Positions 38,690-52,545 of a stretch of 64,000 nucleotides of DNA are shown one piece after another. The stretch lies in NCBI RefSeq assembly GCF_036365525.1, contig NC_090388.1, positions 22,072,587-22,136,586 of the forward strand, in the 5' to 3' direction. Both the position numbers and the translations under genes were made by a program. The notes below the pieces were generated by a model that was not told where the DNA came from, made no database searches, and was given only the letters and a program-made list of their open reading frames with translations. The stretch is from Heterodontus francisci. Its lineage: Eukaryota. How positions within the stretch are numbered: the first letter of the stretch is position 1; each line of letters starts with the position of its first letter.

Positions 38690-41520
38690 ACAAGGGGAAG
38701 AAGGTGCTGCTTGGCAAGTAACTGGTAAGGTATTTCACTTATTACACAAACAATAATTAATTTGTAAAGCTAAGGTATGGCAAAGCAGCTCAGCCGAGTG
38801 CATCCTGTGGTGTGTGGGAAGTCTGCAGGAAGTGTCACCAGGTACAGAAGCCTGAGCTCTGGGTTTCAGAACTCGAGTGGTGGCTGGAGTCACTGTGGTG
38901 CCTCCACGAGGCAGAGAACTATGTGGATAGCCCACTTAGGGAGGTGGTCATACCACAGGTTAAGAATGTGCAGGCAGAGAAGGAATGGGTGACCTCCAGG
39001 CAGTCTAAGAGAACCAGGCAGATAGTGCAGGAGTCCCCTGGTCGATCTCATTTGCTAACCGGTTTTCCATTTTGGATATTGATGAGTGAGAGGGTTCCTC
39101 AGAGGAGTGCAGCAAGAGCCAAGTCTATGGCACGACGGGTGGCCCAGCTACACAGGAGGGCAGGAAGAAGAGTGGAAGGGCAATAGTGATAGGGGATTCG
39201 TTAGTTAGAGGAGCTGACAGGCATTTCTGCAGCCGCAGATGTGACACCAGTATGTTGCCTCCCTGGTGCCAGGGTCAAGGATGTCACAGAGCGGCTGTAG
39301 GACATTCTTCTGTGGGAGGGTGAACAGCCAGAGGTCATGGTCCACATTGGTATCTACATAGATAAGAAGAGGGATGAGGTCCTGAAAGTAGAGTTTAAGG
39401 AGTTAGGAAAGAAATTAAAAAGCAGACCTCAAAAGCAGTAATCTCAGGATTACTCCCAGTGCCACGTGCTGGGGAGCATAGGAATAGGAGGATTAAGCAA
39501 TTTAACACGTGGCTAGAGAATTGGTGTAGGAGGGGGGGCATCAGATTCCTGAGGCATTGGGATCTGTTCTGGGGTAGGTGGGACCTCTACAAGATGGACA
39601 AGTTGCACCTTAGCAGGATCAGGACTAACATCCTTGCAGGGAGATTTGCTAGTGCTGTGGGAAGGGTTGAAAGTAAATCGTCAGGGGGTTGGGAACATAA
39701 GAGGGAGCTCAGATTGGAGGGAAGCAAAACTGGTAACAGGAAGTAGAGAAGTAGTAAGTGAAATTGGAAGGCAGATGAGATGAAGGCAAACATCAAATAG
39801 GATCTGAATGAGGAATAATGTTAAAACAAAGTTAAGGACACGCTATCTGAATGCACGCGGCAAGGTAGATGATTTGAAAACACAAATAGAGGTAAATGGG
39901 TATGATTTAATTGCCATTATGGAGATATGGTTACAGGGTGAGCAGGACTGGGAACTGAATATTAGGGGATATTCATCCATTTAGAAGAGATAGGGGAAAA
40001 GGAGGTGCGGTAGTGCTGTTAATAAGGGATGAGATCAGTACATCAGTGACAGAGGATCCCAGATTGGAGGAACAAGATGTAGGATCAATTTGGATGGAGC
40101 TAAGTAACAGCAAGGGGCAGCAAACATTGGTGGGAGTTGTTTATGTGCCACCAAACTGCCGTGGTAATGTTGGACACAAAATTTGAGCTGCATGTAACAT
40201 GGGCAATACACTAATAATGGGTGACTTCAATTTACATATAGATTGGGTAAACCTAATTAGCACAAATGCTGTGGAGGACGAATTCCTGGAGTGTGTACAA
40301 GATGGGTTTCTGGAGCAGTATGTTGAAAAACTAATGAGGGATCAGGCTATTTTAGATTTAGTGTTATGTAATGAGAAAGGGCTAATTAATAACCTTACTG
40401 TAAAGGATCCATTAGGAAATAGTGACCACAATATGATAGAATTCTACTTTGAGTTTGAAAGAGATATAGTTCATTCTGAAACTTGGGTTGTAAATCTGAA
40501 CAAAGGAAACTATGAAGGTAGGAGGGGCAAGTTGGCTATAGTGGATTGGGAAAATACATTAAAAGATTTGATGGTAGACAGGCAATGGTGAGTATTTAAA
40601 GAAACATTACATGGTTTACAAGAAATATACATTCCTCTAAGATACAAAAATCCAACAGGAAAGGTGAATCAACCGTGGCTAACAAAAGAAGTTAAGGATT
40701 GCATTAGGTCAAAGCAAGTGGCTTATAAGGTTGCCAGAAAAAATGATGAGCCCCAGAGGATTGGGAACAATTTAGAGTCCAACAAAGGAGGACCAAGAAA
40801 CTGATAAAGAAAGGGAAAAGAGATTATGGATGTAACCTAACTAGAAACATAAAGGCAGACTGTAAAAGCTATGTAAGAGCTTAGGTGAAAGGTATGTGAA
40901 AAGGAAACAATTAGCAAGGACAAATGTGAGTCCATTGCAGATGGAGACAGGAGAGTTTGTGGTGGAGAATGAGGAAATGGCAGAGAGACTAAATAATTAT
41001 TTTGTGTACAGTTTTTGTCTCCTTATCTAAGGAAGGATATACCTGGCATAGAGGGAGTGCAACGGACGTTCACCGGATTAATCCCTGGGATGGCGGGATT
41101 GTCTTATGTGGAAAGATTGCAGAAACTGGGCCTGTATTCTGAAGTTTCTTATTGAAACTTACAAAATTTTTACAGGGCGTGACAGGATAGATGTAGATAG
41201 GAAGTTTCCTCTGGCTGGTGAGTCTAGAACCAGGGACACAGTCTCAGAATAAAAGGAAAGCCATGTAAGACTGAGATGAGAAGGAATTTCTTTACTCAGA
41301 GGGTGGTGAATCTGTGGAATTCTCTGCCCCAAAGGGCTGTGGAACTCAATCACTGAGCATGTTCAAGACAGAAATCGATAAATATCTGGATACTAATGAC
41401 ATCGAGGTCTTTGGCGATAGTGGGGGGAAAATGGCATAGAGGTAGATAATTAGCCATGATCTGTTTTACTGCTGGAGCAGACTCGATGGGCCGAATGGCC
41501 TACTCCTGCTTCTATTTCCT
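38690..41520 (+). mobile_element. CR1 LINE with ORF1 (zinc-finger-like + SGNH esterase) and internally deleted ORF2
   Basis: IGDS and WDLYKMDKLHL in ORF1; GDFN and SDHN in the endonuclease; jumps from the post-APE linker to the 3' end at about 41005. Confidence 0.92.
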
Positions 41521-41915
41521 ATTTACATCACACCTTTCACTACCTCAGGATGTTCCAAAGCACTTCACTGCCAACAAGATGTATAACCACGATTCAAATG
41601 TAGGAAAATATGGCAGTCAATTTGTGCAAAGAAGGGTCCCACAAACAACAATGAGATAAATGAAAACATAATATGGTTTTGGTTGAGGGATAAAGATTGG
41701 CCAGGCCACCGGAAGAAATCTTCTTTGAATAGCGCCCTAAGGATTTTTTGCATCTGGTTGAGGAAGCAAACAGGTTTAATGTCTCATCCAAAAGATGGCA
41801 CCTCAGATAGTGCAGCACTGAGGGCACACTGCCCTGAGGTGTCAACAAGATTATATCCTAAAGTCTCTAGAGTGGGCTTGAGCCAAGAATGCTATCATTG
41901 AAGCAAGGCTGAGGC
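41520..41915 (-). mobile_element. DeuSINE (SacSINE1/AmnSINE1-like)
   Basis: GGTTTAATGTCTCATCCAAAAGATGGCACCTC is the reverse complement of the Deu core as I recall it. Confidence 0.75.
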
Positions 41916-42647
41916 CTAAACAGCACTATGTTCTTTTTTAATAAAGTGAAAATCAAAAGAATAAATGGTTACGCTTTGCAGTTTACTAAAATATAAACTA
42001 CTGATTGACAACAATACTCTCTAAGCTACCACTTTTAAGCTGTAGATAACTATGTGGTCTGGCATTACTGTTATTTATATTTTCATAAATATTCCAGATA
42101 GGTAGTTTATTTGAATTATGCTACATGATGTGTGGATAGAACTGTATAAGTACATAAGTAACTAGATAATATTAAACATGTAGCATTGCTTGAAATTTTT
42201 TGACACAGGCAGCTGGAACTATGCATTAGTCGAAGGCTTATATCTCATGAAGCAGTTCTCCAATGGCATCTCTCCATTGCTGCATTCTGTTCTGCAATTA
42301 ATAATTAATACCACGTTTTGTCTTTCATTCTCTGGACTTCAGTAACACTTCTGGCCCCAATGATATCCCTCTCATGATCCCCAATATAAGTGTGTTGCCA
42401 AACTTATCCCTCTTCTGTGCCATCTCTTCAACCTCATTCTCCTTCTCCATTGATATCTATTTCTTCTTATTCTATATTGCTAAGGAAAGAAAACACTCAC
42501 ACTTTTCGGGGACCATCCCATTATCATTACATTCATTCTTTTAAAAGCATGGAAGCTGCAGTTATTTCAAATTATCTATCAGCTTGAAAGTTTTGCTACT
42601 TTGCATCTTCAAATGAGTCATAATCATATGGTTTCCCACTAAAGTCT

Positions 42648-42988
42648 GGGGCGGCACAGTGGCACAGTGGCTAGCACTGCAGCCTCACAGCTCCAGCGAC
42701 CTGGGTTCAATTCTGGGTACTGCCTGTGTGGAGTTTGCAAGTTCTCCCTGTGTCTGCGTGGGTTTCCTCTGGGTGCTCCGGTTTCCTCCCACATGCCAAA
42801 GACTTGCAGGTTGATAGGTAAATTGGCCATTATAAATTGCCCCTAGTATAGGTAGGTGGTAGGGAAATGTGGAAATGTGGGGATGTGGTAGGAATATGGG
42901 ATTAGTGTAGGATTAGTATAAATGGGTGGTTAATGGTTGGCACAGACTCGGTGGGCCGAAGGGCCTGTTTCAGTGCTGTATCTCTAAA
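42648..42988 (+). mobile_element. HE1-type V-SINE, full length
   Basis: GGGCGGCACAGTGGCACAGTGG head, B box GGTTCAATTCT, V-domain GTGGAGTTTGC..TCTGCGTGGGTTTCCTC..GCTCCGGTTTCCTCCCACA. Confidence 0.92.
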
Positions 42989-43499
42989 ACACAAATTCAC
43001 AGCGAAGCAAAAAGACAGCTGTTGAAAGGAGTAGTGAAACTAATTTGCACAATGAAAAGATCTGACAGAATTTACAGGACAATATGTTTTGGTAATAGAA
43101 AGGGCCAATTTAGCTCTTGTGCATTACAGCATTTTATACAGCTGTCTGCAGTTAAGTGCAATGGAATTTTCCATTCCATCCACAGTCAATAATGCACAAT
43201 CTAGTCCAGTTGTTAAGCTGCTAACTTTGCATGTTACAATCCATTGCATCTTAAACTTCTGCCAGTAATAAATTAAACCATCCAGTTGTATATATCCTTT
43301 GAAAGTAACCAAAGTCACTTCTATAATAAACAGAAACACAAACTTTTCTTATTAAAAAGATGATATATAATGCTTGTGTCAATAAAAGCCAAATATTGCA
43401 ATGAGAACATATTTAGTGAATTCCATAAAATTACCTAGAAATTGCAACATGCAATCAGGTCCTTTGGCTTCACTAGTCTATGTTAGTCCTCATCTTCCA

Positions 43500-43930
43500 C
43501 ACAGGCAGTAGTCCTATTCTCATATGTCTGCTTGGCCCTACATTGCTTTGTTCCCCCTTTCCTATCTAACTCATTTTTAAATGTTGTCTTGGTCTCTCTT
43601 TCAATTACTAACTTCAGTAATGTATTCCACAGCCTTACAACCCTCTGTTTAAAAGACGGCTTCTCTTCTCTGCTCTAAATATTACATTTAATCTTATATT
43701 TGTAGCCCCTCTAGATCCATTAGCCACTGGAAACAGTTTGTTTCTATCTACCCAGTCCCATCACTTCATAATTTTGCACATTTCTATCCAATCATCTTGT
43801 AATCTCTCTTCTAATGAAAACAGTCACAAAACTTAAAGTCCTTCTCCGTATTTGTATTTCTTCTTCCTAGGCAGCATTTGAGTGCATCTGCACTGTACCC
43901 AATAACTGTACCTCAATAACCTTCCGACAG
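43500..43930 (-). mobile_element. Old CR1 3' fragment
   Basis: Degenerate match to other CR1 3' ends (TTCCACAGCCTTACAACCCTCTG). Confidence 0.55.
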
Positions 43931-44157
43931 CTTGCAATTTTGCTTGTTTAATGAATATTTTCAGCAAACTGATACTCCTGCACTTCAATTATATTGTTAA
44001 ATATAAAGAATATTTCTGACACAAAGCAATCAAATGTTAGTTTCAGAAGAAGTTTCCAGTTCTTTCAGGTACTGTATTTACATTTTAAGTATGAAGTCTA
44101 TTTTTAAACAGATATAATTTAACAACAGCAGACCTCGCAGACCTGAACGTTAACTCT

Positions 44158-46345
44158 GGGGGGAATTTTATGCTCTCCTCTGTGTCAGATTTGGAGGCAA
44201 AGAGAGCGTATAATCAGGCAGGATGGTGGCAGGGGTGGGGAGGCCCGCCACCTTCCTGCCCAACCGCCAATTGAGCCCCTTAAGTGGGCAATTAATGCCC
44301 AATTCAGGGCCTCATTCCACCGCTGGAAATAGCCAAGTGGTGGGTGGGCCTGTTGCCGCACACGGAGCATGTCAAGTAAACCCATGCATGTTGCTTGTCA
44401 GCTCTGGGGTGGGGGGGGTAGGCGGGGGGAGTTCCCTCGTTAAAAGACACTTAGTACCTGAACAAGAGACCCGGCATCGGGAAGGGGGGGGTGGTGGCCC
44501 ACTGAGAGCCACAACCCTGCCTTTGCTGCCGACACACCTACATCCCCTCCCCCAGGACACCCACCCTGCAAAGCACCCCCCTCCCCCCCCCCCCCCCCCC
44601 CGCTGTGCCTTACTTGTGGCCTGATTCCAGAGCCTCCAGTGATCCCAGAACTGGCAGCAGCCACCGCTTCTGCAGTGGTGCTGCTCACTTAAAGAGCTGC
44701 CAGTCTTCTTTGGGAACTGGGCCAACCGATCCTTTGTCCCCTGCACCATCAGGTCAGACTACCTGAAGGTGCTGGGGATGTGGTTCGGAAGGGCCAGGGC
44801 GTGCGCCAAAACCTGGAAGGAGCGAGTACACAATAAACTGAGCATGTGGGAGCAGCGATCTCTCTCAATTGTGGGTAAGAACCTGGTCATCAGGTGCAAG
44901 GCGTTCACATTGTGCTGTATGTGGCGCAGGTCTGGCCCATATCCCACTCCTGTGCCGTTGCGGTCACCCGAGCCATTTTCCACTTTATCTGGGGATCTAA
45001 AATGGACCGGGTCCAGAGGGACACGATGTTCAAACCTCTGGCTAAGGGTGGGAAAAATGTCCCCAATGTCGCCCTCATCCTGATGACCACTTTTGTGCGC
45101 AGCTGCATCAAGCTGTGCGTAGAGCCCCAGTACGCAAACCCCAAGTGTCAATACGTGCTGAGGTTTTATCTGGCCCTGGTGTTACGAAGGATGGGTCTGG
45201 TCACAATGCCGTGGAACGGTCCATCCAGTTGGACCGTGCCGTACCACCTATCCTTCGTGGGAAGGTTTCTGCAGGAAAACACCTTTGACCACCAATCCAT
45301 CAGGCAGTGGTCTGCACGGAATGTCCTCAAGGCCCTACAGGAAAAGGAGATGGTGGATCCTGTTGGATAGTTCACCGAGCAGACCGTCAAAGTCATTTGG
45401 CAGAATGCCTCATCACCAAAACTTTCAAACAAGCACCAAGACGTAGCTTGGCTGGTAGTGAGAAGGGCCCTCCCAGTCAGATCCTTCCTGCGCGCCCGGA
45501 GTCTTGCCCCCTCCACACGCTGTCCTCGAGGTGGCTGCGGTGGGGAAGAGACAGTTGCCCACCTCCTTCTGGAATATGTCTTTGAAAAGCAGGTGTGGAA
45601 AGAGATGTAGTGGTTTTTGTCAAGGTTCATCCCAAGCAGTTCTACAACACAGGAGTCTGTGCTCTATGGGCTGTTCCCAGGGATGCACACCAAGATAAAC
45701 ATCAACTGCTACTGGAGGACTATTAATTCGGTGAAAGACGCTCTTTGGTCTGCCCGAAACCTGCTGGTCTTCCAGTGCAAAGAGTTGTCCACGACCGAGT
45801 GTTGCAAACTGGCACATTCCAAGGTCCAGGACTACGTGCTGAGGGATGCACTAAAGCTTGGGGGAGCCGCTGCAAAGGCTCAATGGGGGAAGACCGCTGT
45901 GTAAGGTCCTCCCACCAAAGTGAACTGAGGGGCTGGACCCATGGGAAACTGCTCGGGCTGTATACACCAAATATGGGTTTGCTGTAAAGTATACATGGCA
46001 TGTAAAATGGAATGGAAGAGTTGCGAGGCAACTCACTCCTGTATCGAAGAAAACTGATTTCCTTTGTACTTTTTGGAATGTCAAATTGGTGCTGTTTTGA
46101 ACTGTTTCATAATGCATTTTTTTTTTACAGATTTTTATGAATAAAGTATATTTTTGAAAAAAATAAGCCAGTTTCTGACTGGCGAACAGCTCTCATCAGG
46201 CGGGCCTTCCACCGCCGGGGTCCTTGCTCCCGTGGAAGACCGGCTGCTGTCAACTTAGGTGCCTTCCCCAGAGAGATAATGTGGGGCTTTCGCCGACATT
46301 TTTGCTGGTGTTCGAGACCCCCATTGCCAATACAAAATCCCAGTC
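44158..46345. mobile_element. Harbinger-type MITE carrying a LINE insertion, itself inserted in a Penelope end
   Basis: 3-bp TSD TCT (44155-44157 and 46346-46348); host reads gttaactct|gtttctctctccacagatgctg when rejoined. Confidence 0.75.
44710..46163 (+). mobile_element. Tx1/L1-clade LINE, 5'-truncated ORF2 end
   Basis: LKVLGMWF, WEQRSLSIVGKNLVI, KGGKNVPNV and the zinc finger CPRGGCGGEETVAHLL; AATAAA and A-rich tail. Confidence 0.88.
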
Positions 46346-46899
46346 TCTGTTTCTCTCTCCACAGATGCTGTCTGACTTGTTGAATGTTTTCCAGCATATT
46401 TTGTTTACATTTATAAAGTTAACAAGGCACAATTTGTCCTCTGTGCTGTTACTGCACATTCAGTACTAAAGAATAATGAGAATAAAATAGAAATTACACA
46501 AAACTAACATTAAGGAGTCATAACTGAACCATATGCATGAATGAGCTTAGCTCATTCTACATAAAATTAATCAAATGAAAATACAACTTCTTTTGTTGGC
46601 CGGTAGAAACATGGTAATATTATAGTTTACATGCTTTCCAATTTGGCACTGTTACCAATTTCATTGTTCTCATGATTTGCAGGAAATTTTGCATACTAAT
46701 GCAAAACTATAGGTCATCAATATAAGATTGTCACTAATAAACCAAATAACGAATTCAGGAAAAATCTTTTTCCCAGAGAATGCTTAAAAGTTGGAATTTC
46801 TATCTGATGGAATAGTTGAGACAAATAGCCTTTAAGGGGAAAAGAATAGAAGATCATGCTGACATGTTAAGACAAAGTAGGGTGGGAGAGGCTCTCTCT

Positions 46900-47611
46900 C
46901 CTCTAAGCCTTAGCAGCTAGGTTATTTTAAAACACGTTTAAAGGCTTGTGTTATATAAACTCATTTTAAAATGGCAAATGTCACTTAGGGAATATCTCGA
47001 TTTCTTTGCTCTGGCACACACTACTTTCATTTGGGACACAAGCTCAGTGACATGTTGAAAGTTGGTGGACTTTTACTTCAATATCAATGTCACAATTCTG
47101 CTGCTATCCATTTGGAATCACATTGTTCCAGATTTAGTATTGGGAAAACAGGCAAGAAAATCCAAGGAATCTCCAGAAGTCAGCATTGTAAGTTTCTCAT
47201 GAAGACAAGAGTGTGGTATAATGGGGCTGAATGATATTGGCAAAAACCGGATGCTGCTGACCCATATACAATAGTTAGTAAGTGCAATGTAACAGCTAGC
47301 TTTAATAATCCTTGATCTATGAACAACAGTCTACAATTCCTTAATAAAATCCATGTCGCAGTTGGAGTTTTAAAATTGGAATTACATACTATTTTTCTTG
47401 TTAGCTGGCTAATACAGTTGTGCTGCTCTCCATTGATGTTTGTAGACTTAGCTACTTTATTTACAGGGTGAAATGTGTTTTAAATAAGGCTGTGTTTTGA
47501 TGGCATTAGATTGGCTATACACTTTATATACAGATTAATTGCCCCATGTCCATGGCTGAGTCAATAATTTTGTCAAATGTCCATGGTGCAACATGTCAGT
47601 GCCTACCCCTG
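46900..47611 (-). mobile_element. hAT-type element copy 3, inverted and internally deleted
   Basis: Ends TGCCTACCCCTG (TIR); reverse complement of about 3659-3885 joined to about 4920-5390. Confidence 0.85.
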
Positions 47612-48279
47612 ACATCCGTGAAGATCTGTGGGCCATCAGCAGCTGCAGAATTGTTTCAGCCACAATCTATAACCTCAGTCCCAGTATATCCCTCACTCTA
47701 CCATTACCATCAAGCCAGGGGACCAATCTCGGTTCAATGAGGACTGTAGGAGAGCGTGCCAGGAGCAGCACTATGCATACCTAAATATGAGCTGCCAACC
47801 ATGTGAAGTTACAATAGAGGACAGCATGTATGCTGAACAGAGGAAGCAGCATACTAGACGGAGCTAAGAGATTCCACAAACCACAGATCAGATCAAAGCT
47901 CTGAAGTCCTGTCACATGAATGGTGATCGACTATTAAACAACTAACATGAGGAGTAGTCTCCAAGATCATTTCCATCCTCTATGATGGTGGAGTCCAGCA
48001 TGCAAGTGCAAAAGACAAAGCTCAAGCATTTACATCCATCTTCAGCCAGAAATGTAGAGTGGATGATCCATCTTGGTTTCTTTCTGAGGTCCCCACTATC
48101 ACAGAAGCCAGTCTTCAGCCAATACAATTCACTCCACATGATATCAAGAAACAGCTGATTGCACAGGATACAGCAAATGTTATGGGCCCCGACAACATCC
48201 CAGCTGTAATTCTGAAGACTTGTTCTCCAAAACTAGTGTGTCTCTAGCCAAGTTGTTCGAGTAGAGCTACAACAATAGC
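47612..48279 (+). mobile_element. CR1/L2-group LINE ORF2 fragment (continues at about 58110-58260 and 59560-59705)
   Basis: MGPDNIPAVILKTC, later NYRP-SLLSI-KVMEG, then QFGF..LGIKAAFD, in RT order. Confidence 0.8.
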
Positions 48280-48740
48280 ATAGGAACATAGGAAATAGGA
48301 GCAGGAGTAGGCTATTTGAGCCTGCTCCACCATTCAACTAGAAGATGGCTGACCTTCCACCTCAACACCATTTTCCCACACTATCCCCATAATCCCTTGA
48401 TATCTTTAATATCTACAAATCTATCACCCTCTGTCTTGAATATACCTCAATGACTGAGCCTCCACAGCCCTCTGGGGTAGAGAATTCCAAAGATTCACCA
48501 CCCTCCAGGAGTGAAGAAATTCTTCTTCATCTCAGTCCTAAAGGGCCTAACTCTTATTCTGATACTGTGTTCCCTGGTTCTAGAGCCCCCCAGCCAGGGG
48601 AAACATCCTTCCTGCATCAACCCTGGGAACAGTCTCCTGAAGCTTCATTGCACTCCCTCTATTGCAAGCATATCCTTCCTTAGGTAAGGAGACCACAACT
48701 GTACACAATACTCAAGGTGCGGTCTCACCAAAGCTCTCTA

Positions 48741-51700
48741 CAAGTGGATGCACTTAGGAGCATGCAGGTGGCAGAGAGCGTCATAGACAGGAGTTTTAGA
48801 AAAGTGGTTACACCCAAGGTGCGGGCAGATAGATGGGTGACCGCTAGAAGGGGCAAGCAGTCAGTGCAGGAATCCCCTGTGGCTATCCCCCTCTCTAACA
48901 AGTATACCGTTTTGGATACTGTTGGGGGGGATGGCCGATCAGGGGAAAACATCAGCAGCCAGAGCAGTGGCACCACGGCTGGCACTGTTGTTCAGCAGGG
49001 AGGGACAAAGCGCAGAAGAGCAATAGTTATAGGGGACTCTATAGTCAGGGGCACAGATAGGCGCTTCTGTGGACGTGAAAGAGACTCCAGGATGGTATGT
49101 TGCCTCCCTGGTGCCAGGGTCAAGGATGTCTCTGAACAGACAGGGGGCATTCTGAAGGGGGAGGGTGAACAGCCAGACGTTGTGGTACACATCGGTACCA
49201 ATGACATAGGCAGGAAGAGTGACGAGGTCCTGCAGGGGGAGTTTAGGGAGTTAGGTAGAAAGTTAAAAGACAGGACCTCTAGGGTTGTAATCTCGGGATT
49301 ACTCCCTGTGCCACGTGCCAGTGAGGCTAGAAATAGGAAGATAGTGCAGATAAACATGTGGCTGAACAGCTGGTGTAGAAGGGAGGGTTTCAGATATCTG
49401 GACCATTGGGATCTCTTCAGGGACAGATGGGACCTGTACACGAAGGACGGGTTGCATCTAAACTGGAGGGGCACAAATATCCTGGCTGCGAGGTTTGCTA
49501 GCGTCACTCGGAAGGGTTTAAACCAGTGTGGCAGGGGGGTGGGAACCAGAGCAGTAGGACAGCAAGTGAAATAAATGAGGGGGAACAAGTAAATAAGGCC
49601 AGTAAGACTAAGAGGTAGAGCAGGCAGGGAGATGTTGCGGAGCACAGCGGGACTGGTGGTCTGAAGTGCATATGTTTCAATGCGAGAAATATAACAGGTA
49701 AGGCAGATGAACTTAGAGCTTGGATTAGTACTTGGAACTATGATGTTGTTGCCTTAAAAGAGGCTTGGTTGAGGGAAGGACAGGATTGGCAGCCAAATGT
49801 TCCAGGATTTAGAAGCTTCAGGCGGGATAGAGGGGGTTGTAAAAGGGGTGGGGGAGTTGCATTACTTGTTAAGGAGAATATCACAGCTGTACTGCGGGAG
49901 GACACCTCGGAGGGGTCATGCAGCGAGGCAATATGGGTGGAGCTCAGGAATAGGAAGGGTGCAGTCACGATGTTGGGGGTTTTCTACAGGCCTCCCAATA
50001 GCCAGCGGGAGGTAGAGGAACAGATATGTAGACAGATTTTGGAAAGATGTAAAGGTAACAGGGTTGTAGTGGTGGGTGATTTTAACTTCCCCAATATTGA
50101 ATGGGACTCACTTAGTGCTAGCGGCTTAGATGGAGCAGAATTTGTAAGGAGCATCCAGGAAGGCATCTTGAAACAATATGTAGATAGTCTAACTAGGGAT
50201 GGGGTCGTACTGGACCTGGTATTGGGGAATGAGCCCGGCCAGGTGGTCGAAGTTTCAGTCGGGGAGCATTTCGGGAACAGTGACCATAATTCCATAAGTT
50301 TTAAGGAACTTGTGGATAAGGATAAGAGTAGTCCTCGGGTGAAGGTGCTAAATTGGGGGAAGGTTAATTATAACAATATTAGGCAGGAACTGAAGAATTT
50401 AGATTGGGGGCGGCTGTTTGAAGGTAAATCAACATCTGACATGTGGGAGTCTTTCAAATGTCAGTTGATTAAAACCAGGACCAGCATGAGTGAGGAAGAA
50501 GGATAAGTTTGGCAACTTTCGGGAACCTTCGATAATACGGGATATTGTGAGCCTAGTCAAAAAGAAAAAGGAAGCATTTTAAGGGCTGGAAGGCTAGGAA
50601 CAGACGAATCCCTCGAGGAATATAAAGACAGTAGAAAGGAACTTAAGCAAGGAGGCAGGAGGGCTAAAAGGGGTCATGAAAAGTCATTGGCAAACAGGAT
50701 TAAGGATAATCCCAAGGCTTTTTATACATGAATAAAGAGCAAGAGGGTAACTAGGGAATGGGTTGGCCCACTCAAGGACAGAGAAGGGAATCTATGCGTG
50801 GAGCCAGAGGAAATGGGCGCGATACTAAATGATTACTTTGCATCAGTATTCATCAAAGAGAAGGACTTGGTGGATGATGAGCCTAGGGAAGGGAGTGTAG
50901 ATAGTCTCAGTCATCTCATTATCAAAAAGGAGGAGGTGTTGGGTGTCTTGCAAAGCATTAAGGTAGATAAGTCCCCAGGGCCTGATGGGATCTACCCCAG
51001 AATACTAAGGGAGGCAAGGGAAGAAATTGCTGGGGCCTTGACAGAAATCTTTGCATCCTCATTGGCTACAGGTGAGGTCCCAGAGGACTGGAGAATAGCC
51101 AATGTTGTGCCTTTGTTTAAGAAGGGTGGCAAGGATAATCCAGGAAATTATAGGCCGGTGAGCCTTACATCAGTGGTAGGGAAATTATTACAGAGGATTC
51201 TTGGGGACAGGATTTACTCCCATTTGGAAACAAATAAACTTATTCGTGAGAGGCAGCATGGATTTGTGAAGGGGAGGTTGTGTCTCACTAATTTGATTGA
51301 GTTTTTTGAGGAAGTGACAAAGATGATTGATGAAGGAAGGGCAGGGATGTTATCTATATGGACTTCAGTAAAGCCTTTGACAAGGTCCCTCATGGCAGAC
51401 TGGTACAAAAGGTGAAGTCACACGGGATCAGAGATGAGCTGGCATGATAGATACAGAACTGGCTCTGTCATAGAAGACAGAGGGTAGCAGTGGAAGGGTG
51501 CTTTTCTGAATGGAGGGATGTGACTAGTGGTGTTCCGCAAGGATCAGTGCTGGGACCTTTGCTGTTTGTAGTATATGTAAATGATTTGGAGGAAAATGTA
51601 GCAGGTCTGATTAGTAAGTTTGTGGACGACACAAAGGTTGGTGGAGTTGCAGACAGTGATGAGGATTGTCAGAGGATACAGCAGGATATAGATCGGTTGG

Positions 51701-52545
51701 AGACTTGGGCGGAGAAATGGCAGATGGAGTTTAATCCGGACAAATGTGAGGTAATGCATTTTGGAAGATCTAATGCAGGTGGGAAGTATACTGTAAATGA
51801 CAGAACCCTTACGAGTATTGACAGGCAGAGGGATCTGGGCGTACAGGTCCACAGGCCACTGAAAGTGGCAACGCAGGTGGATAAGGTAGTCAAGAAGGCA
51901 TACGGCATGCTTGCCTTCATCGGTCGGGGCATAGAGTATAAAAATTGGCAAGTCATGCTGCAGCTGTACAGAACTTTAGTTAGGCCACACTTAGAATATT
52001 GCATGCAAAACTGATCGCCACACTACCAGAAGGATGTGGAGGCTTTGGAGAGGGTACAGAAGAGGTTTACCAGGATGTTGCCTGGTCTGGAGGGCATTAG
52101 CTATGAGGAGAGGTTGGATAAACTCGGATTGTTTTCACTGGAACGACGGAGGTGGAGGAATGACATGATAAAGGTTTACAAAGTTATGAGCGGCATGGAC
52201 AGAGTGGATAGTCAGAAGCTTTTTCCCAGGGTGGAAGAGTCAGTCACTAGGGGACATAGGTTTAAGGTGAGAGGGGCAAAGTTTAGAGGGGATGTGCAGG
52301 GCAAGTTCTTTACACAGAGGGTGATGAGTGCCTGGAACTTGCTGCCGGGGGAGGTGGTGGAAGCAGGTACGATAATGATGTTTAAGAGGCATCTTGACAA
52401 ATACATGAATCGGATGGGAATAGAGGGATGTTCCCCGGAAGTGCAGAAGGTTTTAGTTTAGGCAGGCATCAAGATCGGCGCAGGCTTGGAGGGCCGAATG
52501 GCCTGTTCCTGTGCTGTACTGTTCTTTATTCTTTGTTTGTTCTTT
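48741..52545 (+). mobile_element. Near full-length CR1 LINE (ORF1 esterase + disrupted ORF2)
   Basis: ORF1 has IGDSIVR, HIGTND and DGLH. ORF2 APE and RT motifs run through ORFs 49769, 50798, 51490 and 52036. Ends in a TTCTTTG-type tail. Confidence 0.95.

Noticed and set aside
42648-42720. tRNA-like A/B boxes (also at 61630 and 19279)
   Set aside because: These are SINE heads followed by a V-domain and LINE tail, not tRNA genes.
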